Assembly: GCA_001816475.1 (NCBI GenBank)
Contig: MHCC01000001.1
Coordinates: 12,622-76,621 of the forward strand
Direction: 5' to 3'
Source: Candidatus Blackburnbacteria bacterium RIFCSPLOWO2_01_FULL_40_20
GTDB lineage: Bacteria > Patescibacteriota > Microgenomatia > UBA8517 > UBA10165
Length of the DNA: 64,000 nucleotides
The translations under genes were made by a program, and so were the position numbers. The notes below the pieces were generated by a model. That model was given only the letters and a program-made list of their open reading frames with translations, searched no databases and had not been told where the DNA came from. Below are positions 1 to 7,560 of this stretch, piece by piece; the first letter of the stretch is position 1, and every line of letters begins with the position of its first letter.

Positions 1-54
1 ACCGCTCACCTCTACATTGCAAATGTAGCGTTCTACCGGATGAACTACGGGCCC
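1..54 (-). tRNA. tRNA-Ala(TGC), 3' part cut off by the window edge
   Basis: Reverse complement reads GGGCCCG TA GTTC ATCCGGTA GAAC G CTACA TT TGC AA TGTAG AGGTG AGCGG T: acceptor 5' strand, D arm, anticodon arm and start of T arm. Confidence 0.93.
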
Positions 55-177
55 CTACTTATCAATTCTTCGGTGGGCCAGCACTTATGTAGTTCAATTT
101 AGCGCTGCCCTCCAAAGCCACTTTTAAGGCGACTTTACCAGGAAGCTTGAGTCCTCTATTTAGTTGTTAAGTTATAC

Positions 178-203
178 AAAAAAACTGGTCCAGAGACCAG
201 TTT
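178..203 (-). terminator. Terminator-like hairpin in the leader upstream of tRNA-Ala
   Basis: AAACTGGTC-TCTG-GACCAGTTT running into a T7 tract on the minus strand. Confidence 0.55.
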
Positions 204-337
204 AAACACTTTTGAGAAGTACCTACTTTCAGCCCACGACCTAAGGCCGCGAATTGCTTTGGGTAAGTTTAGAAAATATTCTCATTAGGAAAACCAAAAC
301 TCTTGACTAAAAATCCCTTGTCGGGATTACTGCGAGA

Positions 338-366
338 ATTATACAGTGTTACATCCTTAGTGTCAA
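338..366 (-). promoter_or_regulatory. Consensus sigma70 promoter facing tRNA-Ala (probably also 23S beyond the window)
   Basis: TTGACA-17 nt-TATAAT, a perfect consensus on the minus strand. Confidence 0.85.
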
Positions 367-443
367 CGCTCAAAGTTAATTTGGGTGGAGTTCTCCCTTG
401 TCCGCCAAAGGCGGATTTTGTTCAAACTCCACCCCTTCACCTC

Positions 444-1001
444 CTATCTCATCCGTTCGCTTGATATTTGCGCTTCAGACAACGATATGTTTCTACAGTC
501 AGCGCAAACTACCATTCTCTCCTTAAGCCACGAATCTCCCTCCGGACCATCAAATGCTTGGACATAGTGTTCAACCACAGGTTGCCCAGAATGGCCAACA
601 GGGCAACTTCCTCTCAGCACTTCCGACAGCGGAATGGCTCGATACCTAGGGGATACCAACTCAAGTGGTCTCCACCAACGTTCGGATGTGTCGTACTCTC
701 TCCATTCCCGCCAGTCCTCAATGACCTTCGTCCCATCTGGAATTAGTTCTTTGACAACTGCCCATTTGCCTTCCTGATCCAGGAAAAAGTATGCATTGTC
801 GCGTTTGCCAGGATCATGCTCCTTCCAGGATTTGCCTAAGGCAGTAAGCACTTGCCCAAAATTCTCCAGGCGAGCAACCTTATTCTCCTGTTCGGTTAAA
901 CATGCCCGTACCTGTGCGATCACTTGTTTTGCGGCTTTTGTCTCCGCAGTGCAGACCATAGCAAGCTCTGAAAGCCCTTGGGCGCCTGTTGGGAATCCCA
1001 C
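444..1001 (-). CDS. Hypothetical protein (C-terminal CPxxH...CxxC possible Zn ribbon)
   Basis: 185-aa ORF with AGGA RBS upstream; no family recognised. Confidence 0.6.
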   Translation of the reverse strand: MGFPTGAQGLSELAMVCTAETKAAKQVIAQVRACLTEQENKVARLENFGQVLTALGKSWKEHDPGKRDNAYFFLDQEGKWAVVKELIPDGTKVIEDWREWREYDTSERWWRPLELVSPRYRAIPLSEVLRGSCPVGHSGQPVVEHYVQAFDGPEGDSWLKERMVVCADCRNISLSEAQISSERMR

Positions 1002-1161
1002 TGTATCCTCCTGTTAGTCAAGGTGCTTGCGTGATTTTAATCCCAAATTAGACCTAAATGCAAATTTTCTACTTCCCCAACTTCCCCTAAGTTCCTTGTT
1101 TGGTTTTTGTAAAATAACTGAAGCTAATTTGAAGAAATGTATCAAACGACACCAACCACAA

Positions 1162-1632
1162 CTAACTGTTCAAGACTTTCTTATCAACCTTTTTCAAATA
1201 CTCTTCCCATTCTTGCCATTTGACCGGATTAAAAATTCCCATTTTTTCTCTTAGTTTAAGAAGCGACAAAATCATTCCAAAAAATTCTATTTCTACTTCC
1301 CGAGCAATATATTCTTGATGTGCTGCACAACTAATGAAAAACGTCCTTGTTTTTTCGTATGGACTTTCCTCCTTGTTTATTCCAGATTTATACTCGATCC
1401 CCGATTCAAAAACAACTTGGGTTTTAAAAAATGTTGAAACGGGTGACAAATCCATTATCCTTTCAAACCACTTCATGTATTCCATGCAGCCTTGGGATAA
1501 TTTACCTGCTTTGTATTTTTGCCAAAATATTTGCGGGTCTAGATTCTTTTCGTCAAGCAAGATTACAACACCTTCAAATTCAGGTTTAGAAGACTCGGGA
1601 ACAAATCGAATTGAACTTCTCTCAATCGTCAT
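1162..1632 (-). CDS. Hypothetical protein
   Basis: 156-aa ATG ORF with protein-like composition. Confidence 0.6.
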   Translation of the reverse strand: MTIERSSIRFVPESSKPEFEGVVILLDEKNLDPQIFWQKYKAGKLSQGCMEYMKWFERIMDLSPVSTFFKTQVVFESGIEYKSGINKEESPYEKTRTFFISCAAHQEYIAREVEIEFFGMILSLLKLREKMGIFNPVKWQEWEEYLKKVDKKVLNS

Positions 1633-1699
1633 TTAGAGAAAATTGTTAAGTGAATAATAGCATATTTCTGAAAACCTACAACAGCTGAAAAATGGTAGT

Positions 1700-1746
1700 G
1701 TTGTACGAACGTACAACTTGACAACTTTTATGTAATAAGGTATCAT
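1700..1746 (+). promoter_or_regulatory. TA operon promoter with palindromic operator
   Basis: GTTGTACG-AA-CGTACAAC palindrome (1700-1717) next to TTGACA-17-TATCAT. Confidence 0.7.
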
Positions 1747-1752
1747 TCAGTC

Positions 1753-2010
1753 ATGAGAAGCGTTAATTCTTTTAATCTAAGAAATAATTTATCTGAATAT
1801 CTGGATACTGTTGCAAAAACTGAAGCTTCTTTTGTCGTTAACCGTTTTGGCAAGTCTGTTGCCATACTTTCCCCTTACAAAGAAAGCGGGTTCAAAATTG
1901 AAGAATATTTTGGATTTTTAGGAAAAGGTGAAAGTGGAAAAAAATTTATAGATAGACTTAGAAGAAACTCGAAAGAAAGAGATCGGATTAAAAAACTTAG
2001 AGGAAAATGA
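1753..2010 (+). CDS. Phd/YefM-family antitoxin
   Basis: LRNNLSEYLD..V...FVVNRFGKSVAIL Phd motif; overlaps the PIN gene. Confidence 0.85.
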   Translation: MRSVNSFNLRNNLSEYLDTVAKTEASFVVNRFGKSVAILSPYKESGFKIEEYFGFLGKGESGKKFIDRLRRNSKERDRIKKLRGK

Positions 2011-2393
2011 CAAAGATTTTCGTTGATACTGATGTTTTAATTGACTACTCCAAGGGCCGCAGTCGCTCCTTTGAAAAACTTCTAGATAAACAGCTTAAAG
2101 GAAAACTCGAATTGTTTATTAATCCCGTTGTTGTTGCAGAATTCATGACAGACAAAAATTTAAAAGATAAGGAAAAACTATCTAAAGCTTTAGAATTTCT
2201 TGGTTTATTTCAAACATTAGACCTGGGAAAAAACGCAGGCGTTATAGCAGGAGATCTCTTGCGTGAGCAAAAAACTTCATTTATCGGGGACGCTTTAATT
2301 GCAGCAAATTGTTTAAACTCAAAGCTCCAGCTTGCAACAAACAACAAAAAACACTTCTCGAAGATTACCCAGCTCGTCCTCTATCCTTCTTAA
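2007..2393 (+). CDS. vapC: PIN-domain (VapC) toxin
   Basis: IFVDTDVLID, VVAE, DALIAA, LATNNKKHF motifs. Confidence 0.9.
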   Translation: MTKIFVDTDVLIDYSKGRSRSFEKLLDKQLKGKLELFINPVVVAEFMTDKNLKDKEKLSKALEFLGLFQTLDLGKNAGVIAGDLLREQKTSFIGDALIAANCLNSKLQLATNNKKHFSKITQLVLYPS

Positions 2394-2453
2394 TAAAACT
2401 TTCGAGGTCTAACATGACTAAACTAACCTTTTCGTGGTAAAATGTAAAAAATT

Positions 2454-2711
2454 GGGTCGTTGGCTCAGTGGTAGAGCGCGTTCCTGATGACAAACGAAGT
2501 TTGACATATCAAATATTTGCCAAATGGGCCGATGGCTCAGTGGTAGAGCGCCAAACTGATAATTTGGAGGTCCGTGGTTCGATCCCACGTCGGCCCACAC
2601 ATTAGGCAAATATTTGTTATAAGAACGAGGTCGATGGTTCGAGAATTGCGTAGCGTAAGCGAAGCATATTCCAAGGTTCTGCGAAGCAGGTTCTTATCCC
2701 ATCAGCGCCCA
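2454..2711 (+). tRNA. Interrupted outer tRNA-Ile(GAT): pieces 2454-2488, 2621-2642 and 2697-2711; pseudogene or intron-containing
   Basis: Joining the pieces gives GGGTCGT TG GCTC AGTGGTA GAGC G CGTTC CT GAT AA GAACG AGGTC GATGG TTCGATC CCATC AGCGCCC A; anticodon and T stems are perfect, acceptor stem has two mismatches. Confidence 0.65.
2526..2597 (+). tRNA. tRNA-Ile(GAT), intact, nested inside the outer tRNA-Ile
   Basis: GGGCCGA TG GCTC AGTGGTA GAGC G CCAAA CT GAT AA TTTGG AGGTC CGTGG TTCGATC CCACG TCGGCCC A: perfect cloverleaf. Confidence 0.96.
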
Positions 2712-2731
2712 CTCGAATGGGGAAAGAGGCA

Positions 2732-2860
2732 AGTTGGATCAAAAGGAGACTAGCTAAGTTTAACAAAGTGCCTAAATCTCTCTTTGGAGCAAATCTTTTA
2801 GAAAGCGAGTGGCGGTTTAATCACCGTAGTGATATAGTAAAAGAAGTCAGAAAACTGGCG
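2732..2860 (+). pseudogene. IS1595-family transposase C-terminal remnant
   Basis: WIKRRLAKFNKVPKSLF...ESEWRFNHR resembles the KRRLxKFNG...E.EFRFNxR end of IS1595 DDE transposases. Confidence 0.6.
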
Positions 2861-2871
2861 CGTTTTAGAAT

Positions 2872-3519
2872 ATGGCAAGAAAGAAAATCATTATCTTCAC
2901 ATTCATATTTGCTTCAATCCTGCTTGCGTTATACTTTATTTTCTTTTCAACTCCGTATTATAAAATCACAACTCCTGTCCGTAAAGACCTTTTTATTGTA
3001 AAATCAGAAAAGAACACTCAAAAACAACAATCTTCTGGTGTAAATTCTGGCATTTGTGCACCTCCTGGCTGTGGAAATCCTTATGGCAGCGAAGGTAGAG
3101 AAGATATTACTCTTTTATTAACTGACGAACAAATCACTTCGTTATTAAACCAATATAAACCAACTTCTGTTTTGCTTACCAATATAAAAGTAGAGTTTTC
3201 CGATCAAACCATTTTTGCTTCAGCAACAAGCCTGTACCTATTTATGCCTGGACAATTATCTATTTCAGCGAGATTATATATTAACCATTTCTATATGAAC
3301 GATGCTTACATAGGGAACATCAAAGCTCCGGGGAAAATTGCTAATTTTATTGAAGCGAATGGAGACAAAATAATTAAAGATATATTTGCTAAGTATGGTA
3401 TTTGGCTTGATCAGATGAAACTAGTCGACGGAAAGTTAAGTTTCAAGGCTAATGTGCCAAAGGGAATGATTACTGTTGACCAAAACGGAACGATATTGGT
3501 TAATTTACAAGAAATTTAA
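2872..3519 (+). CDS. Membrane-anchored hypothetical protein
   Basis: 215 aa, N-terminal TM helix, beta-rich body. Confidence 0.75.
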   Translation: MARKKIIIFTFIFASILLALYFIFFSTPYYKITTPVRKDLFIVKSEKNTQKQQSSGVNSGICAPPGCGNPYGSEGREDITLLLTDEQITSLLNQYKPTSVLLTNIKVEFSDQTIFASATSLYLFMPGQLSISARLYINHFYMNDAYIGNIKAPGKIANFIEANGDKIIKDIFAKYGIWLDQMKLVDGKLSFKANVPKGMITVDQNGTILVNLQEI

Positions 3520-3659
3520 GAAAGCCAAAATAACGGGGCAGAGAAAAATTGATAAATTGGTCCACCTCCACCACCAGTCACAATATACTCCACCCCATCT
3601 GGGGAACACTCGTTGTTTCTAATCTTGCATGTTCTTTCGTAATTGTGTTCATGTCCTGA
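3516..3659 (-). pseudogene. Metallophosphoesterase (purple acid phosphatase-like) fragment
   Basis: Manual translation SGHEHNYERTC...VEYIVTGGGGGPIY; no start codon or N-terminal motifs. Confidence 0.7.
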
Positions 3660-3698
3660 GGAATATGGAGGATATAGCTAAAAATCTTCTCATATACC

Positions 3699-3727
3699 AA
3701 AAAACCCGAGCTTGCGCCGGGTTTTTT
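3699..3727 (-). terminator. Intrinsic (bidirectional) terminator downstream of 16S
   Basis: AAAAAACCCG...CGGGTTTTTT hairpin with A and T tails. Confidence 0.75.
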
Positions 3728-3732
3728 CTGCG

Positions 3733-3771
3733 TGCCCCTAACGTACTCCGATCAGATCGGAGGAAGTGGGG
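3733..3771. repeat. 39-bp palindromic repeat, identical copy at 27814-27852
   Basis: TGCCCCTAACGTACTCCGATCAGATCGGAGGAAGTGGGG at both sites; variant with a different core at 36828-36855. Confidence 0.9.
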
Positions 3772-3781
3772 ACCTCAACAC

Positions 3782-3800
3782 TCAAAATGTAACTGGGAAC
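3782..3800 (-). other. 16S precursor processing stem, 3' arm (pairs with 7255-7273)
   Basis: TCAAAATGTAACTGGGAAC is the exact reverse complement of GTTCCCAGTTACATTTTGA in the 16S leader. Confidence 0.85.
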
Positions 3801-3950
3801 ATTGTGATTCCGTTAGATTAGCGAGAAACGGTTTTCGTAGATCTCGGGGTGATGATTTTCCCCACATCCAAATAAATTGAATCTGGAGTTTCCAACATCT
3901 CCTTAGAAAGGAGGTGATCCATCCGCACCTTCCAGTACGGATACCTTGTT

Positions 3951-4737
3951 CATGTTCTTCCCCTATTACTAAGGGCATGGACTATATCTTCATCCGCAGA
4001 AAAATGACCTTTTCCGGATGACTGGATCCTATTGTTTTTGCAAAGTCCAAATAAGATTTTGCTCTAACAAAAAATCTCCAATAATTCGGGTCTGCTTTTT
4101 TGCTCGGATTATGCACCACTCCACAGCTTATACCCAACTTTTCTAAATAGTTTCTTACCTGAACTAGATCCTCAAATTTCTTTTGAGCAAAGTACAAGTA
4201 ATAACGAACAGTTGGACTTCTTGAAATACCACCCTCTGTGTCAAAGTAGCCTCTTGTGTAATCAACCTTATCTTGCCTTGTTTTAACTTGAATTCCTTTA
4301 AGAAGTTTCTTGGAAAATTCCACAATCCAAAGATTGCGGTTTTTCCCTTCTTTGTAAATCCAAGCTTTAGATCCAAGACTGAGAATACCTTTTGCAAGAT
4401 ATTCGCAATAAGATCGACTTTTAGAAGCCACTCGATAAGTGGTTTTTCTTTCTGTGGAATCATGCAACGCTCCAAGTAAGTAAGCTTTAGTCATCTTGCG
4501 GCGTCAACGTGTAGTCTCTACGGGGTCAAGCCCTTCGATCCGCCTTTTGGCGGACTCAGGACCGACTTCCCTCGGTATTTTCCCTTTTGTGTAATACCTC
4601 TACTAGGTTGAATTTTAGCTCAACCAACTCAAGTAAGCAAAGCTTGCTTTATGCTTCGCTTCACTACGCAAAAGTAGGAGTTCACCGATACAGTTGAATT
4701 TATCTACACCATTACTAGTGTAGGTCGCAACAGATTC
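3951..4737 (-). mobile_element. Group I intron in 16S after U1498 (E. coli numbering)
   Basis: Splits AAGTCGT|AACAAGG; P1 GTCGT/GCGAC with a U-G pair; R-like GTAGAGACTAC; S-like AAGATATAGTCC; short P9; terminal G. Confidence 0.93.
3982..4494 (-). CDS. LAGLIDADG homing endonuclease in the group I intron (P8 loop)
   Basis: AYLLGALHD and YTRGYFDTEGG motifs; stop codon lies within the S/P7 element. Confidence 0.9.
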   Translation of the reverse strand: MTKAYLLGALHDSTERKTTYRVASKSRSYCEYLAKGILSLGSKAWIYKEGKNRNLWIVEFSKKLLKGIQVKTRQDKVDYTRGYFDTEGGISRSPTVRYYLYFAQKKFEDLVQVRNYLEKLGISCGVVHNPSKKADPNYWRFFVRAKSYLDFAKTIGSSHPEKVIFLRMKI

Positions 4738-4809
4738 ACGACTTGATGCTAGTTGCTGAACTTACCTTTGGGTCGCCGAGGGCGACACTTCAGGTACTTC
4801 CAACTCCTC

Positions 4810-5316
4810 TCATCTGACGGGCGGATTGCGATCCAATAAGGTTTTGGTCGCGTTCCCACCCGGCGAGCGGATTTCCCGCACCGGGCGAGACCCAAGATTC
4901 ATCCTAGACTTCAATTGTAGAACGAGCTTCAATCCCCTCTTGTTGTTGTGCCTTTTATCTCTAACCAAAAGTGCGATCTTGCGAAAAATTTTATAATTTT
5001 CAACTTTTACACTTTGGAGATGATGAGCGTCAAAAAAGGGTATTAAAACTTTACGTATGTCCTCCTGAGAGTTAATCTCGTATCGATAACATTGGCTGTG
5101 ATTTCGACGCTTTTCCTTTTGGTGGTATACTGCGCCACATCCAAAGAATTCCTCAACTTTCTTGAGCAAAGACAGTTCATCTTCCCTCATTTTTATATAA
5201 AAGTGAGTCATCACACCATGTTTTGAACGAGAATAACGTTTATCAGGAGGTCGGATGCCAACATAAAAACATCCTTCTCCATCCGTTAATCCTACAATGT
5301 AGTCTGGTGAAAGCAT
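4810..5316 (-). CDS. Single-motif LAGLIDADG homing endonuclease in the group II intron
   Basis: DYIVGLTDGEGCF, FFGCGAV, LIPFFD motifs; reads through DV/DVI and stops in the 3' exon. Confidence 0.93.
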   Translation of the reverse strand: MLSPDYIVGLTDGEGCFYVGIRPPDKRYSRSKHGVMTHFYIKMREDELSLLKKVEEFFGCGAVYHQKEKRRNHSQCYRYEINSQEDIRKVLIPFFDAHHLQSVKVENYKIFRKIALLVRDKRHNNKRGLKLVLQLKSRMNLGSRPVREIRSPGGNATKTLLDRNPPVR

Positions 5317-5692
5317 AGGTAACTCCCTTTATCACCGCTGCGTCAATAATTCCAGTATATTTCACCGAAATAAAATAATCAACAGCAGTAACTAATATGG
5401 AGTAGCTGACTTCTCTTAAGGCCTTAACCTTCATCCTTAAGAGATCTCCCTAGGTCACTATCGCTTCTGTTCCAAGCATCCAAGTTATGCCACTTCCCCA
5501 AAACACACCGCTTGGGTCGATTTGGCACCCCGATATCGATCGGAGCTTGGCTGCTTTTTGCCTCAGGCCCTCCAGCTGGTATCTCACGATAACCCAGCCT
5601 GCCAATTCTTTTTGGCTACTCCTCCTCATGTTTAGAGGAGGGAGTGGATTTAAACCACTTAGGAACAATAGCTGCTAGGCGCGCTTTAATTT
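4825..5692 (-). mobile_element. Group II intron in 16S after A1398, no RT, LAGLIDADG ORF in domain IV
   Basis: Splits TGTACACA|CCGCCCGTC; domain V CGCCCGGTGCGGGAAATCCGCTCGCCGGGTG; domain VI GCGACCAA...TTGG-A-TCGC with bulged A; ends AAT; GCGCG-CCTAG...CTAGG closes domain I. Confidence 0.88.
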
Positions 5693-6161
5693 TGTGTACA
5701 AAGAGCGAGAACGTATTCACCGCGGTATAGCTGACCCGCGATTACTACCAATTCCGCGTTCATGCAGGCGAATTTCAGCCTGCAATCCCCACTGAGACGC
5801 CTTTTGATGAGATTAGCTCCGCCTCGCGGCTTGGCAACTCATTGTAGGCGCCATTGTAGCATGTTTGTAGCCCCAGACATAAGGGCCATGCTGACTTGAC
5901 GTCGTCCCCTCCTTCCTGTCCGATAAAATCGGACCTGTCCCGTATGAATATTTAACATACAGCAGGGGTTGCGCTCGTTACCTCACTTAAGAGAACACCC
6001 CACGGCACGAGCTGACGACAGCCATGCAACACCTGTCCTAACGCTCCGGTTTGCACCGGAGGGCTCTGACTTTCATCGGAGTTTCATTAGGATGTCAAGC
6101 CTGGGTAAGGTTCTTCGGTTCGTGTCGAATTAAACAACATGCTCCACTGGTTGTGCGCTCT

Positions 6162-6210
<49 letters not shown>

Positions 6211-6240
6211 CTCGCTTAACGCGTTAGCTTGCGGAACAGA

Positions 6241-6429
6241 TCTCGCAAAAAATACAACGTATTTTTTGCTCAAAACCCAAAATACGAAATCCTAAATTCG
6301 AAACAATATCTAAATTCTAAATTCAAATAATTAAACGTTTTGAATTTTAGGATTTTTAGATTTTGAATTTGTTTCGTGCTTCGATATTCGTGCTTTGAAT
6401 TTCTCGCAAAGAATGTATTCTTTGCGAGA
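6241..6429 (-). other. AT-rich hairpin insertion (IVS-like) in 16S helix 26 / V5
   Basis: About 160 nt extra between the conserved 800 and 880 blocks; nested inverted repeats; TCTCGCAAA direct repeat at 6241 and 6402. Confidence 0.85.
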
Positions 6430-7478
6430 CCTATCCCAAGCGAGCATAGTTTACGGCTAGGACTACAGGGGTCTCTAATCCCTTTCGCTACCCTAGCTTT
6501 CGTCTCTCAGCGTCAGAATCTTTCTAGATGTTCGCCTTCGCCGTCGGTGTTCCTCGTAATATCAACGGATTTAACCCCTACACTACGAGTTCCAACATCC
6601 CCGAAAGATCTCAAAGTTCACCCGTATTCTCCGATATCCCAGAGTTAAGCTCTGGACTTTAACAGAAAACGTGGCGGACCGCCTACAGACTCTTTACGCC
6701 CAATAAATCCGGACAACGCTTGCACCCTCCGTATTACCGAGGCTTCTGGCACGGAGTTAGCAGGTGCTTATTCTACAACCTGTATGATTGTCAAAAGGAG
6801 TTTAAGACCCGAAGGCCTTCTTCCTCCACGCGGCGTCGCGGGATCAGACTTGCGTCCATTGTCCACGATTCCCAGTTGCTGCCACCCGTAGGTGTATGAG
6901 CCGTGTCTCAGTCTCATTCTGGGGGGCCGTGCTCTAACACCCCCTACCCGTTATAGCCTTGGTAGGCCGTTACCCCACCAACTAGCTGATAGGCCGCCGG
7001 CTCTTTCTTCGGTGGACCGTTAAGTCCTTTGCTCTTGCGAGATTATGCGGTATTACCCCCGCTTTCGCGGGGCTATCCCCCACCAAAGAGTAGATTCCGA
7101 CGTGTTACTCAGCCGTCTGCCGCTATCCCGACTTGCGTCGGAATCGCTCGACTTGCATGCTTAAAGCGCGCCGCTAGCGTTCGTCCTGGGCCAGGATCAA
7201 ACCCTCAAAAAAAATTGACATGATCAACTCCGATTTACATCGGAGCAACCATGGGTTCCCAGTTACATTTTGAATGTCAAAGAGCAAATTGCAACGCAAT
7301 TTACGATGCACCCACCGATAAATCTTGGCACGAGGCGTGTACGAATAGTACCCGCAAGCCGAGTGCGAAGATAAGGCGGGAAGGTACGCATGGTCTCTTT
7401 AAACCAAAAATCCACCACATGGCGGATTAAACAAGCTTTTTAGGCTTACTGGCTTACTCTTTTCCCATGTGTTTGAAA

Positions 7479-7507
7479 AGTATACTCGATTCCCTATCAA
7501 TAGTCAA
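7479..7507 (-). promoter_or_regulatory. 16S rRNA promoter
   Basis: TTGACT-17-TATACT; boxA-like TGCTCTTTGACA near 7275-7286 in the leader. Confidence 0.75.
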
Positions 7508-7560
7508 CCATCCGTTTAGTGTAAACACATATTTGCAAATACATATATAATAGTGTTGAA

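Noticed and set aside
205-275. Possible c-di-GMP riboswitch or SRP RNA in the tRNA-Ala leader
   Set aside because: The GEMM (GYAAA...GAAA...GCAAAG) and SRP (CAGG...GGAA...AGCAG) signatures are not present in the required order
2489-2620. Group I or bulge-helix-bulge intron as the explanation for the tRNA-Ile insert
   Set aside because: No P7/R/S core, no terminal G and no clear 3-4-3 BHB at the junctions; the mechanism is left open in the findings
6376-7223. ORFs overlapping the 16S gene and the tRNAs (also 2418-2609, 3775-3978, 5243-5678)
   Set aside because: Shadow frames of structural RNA
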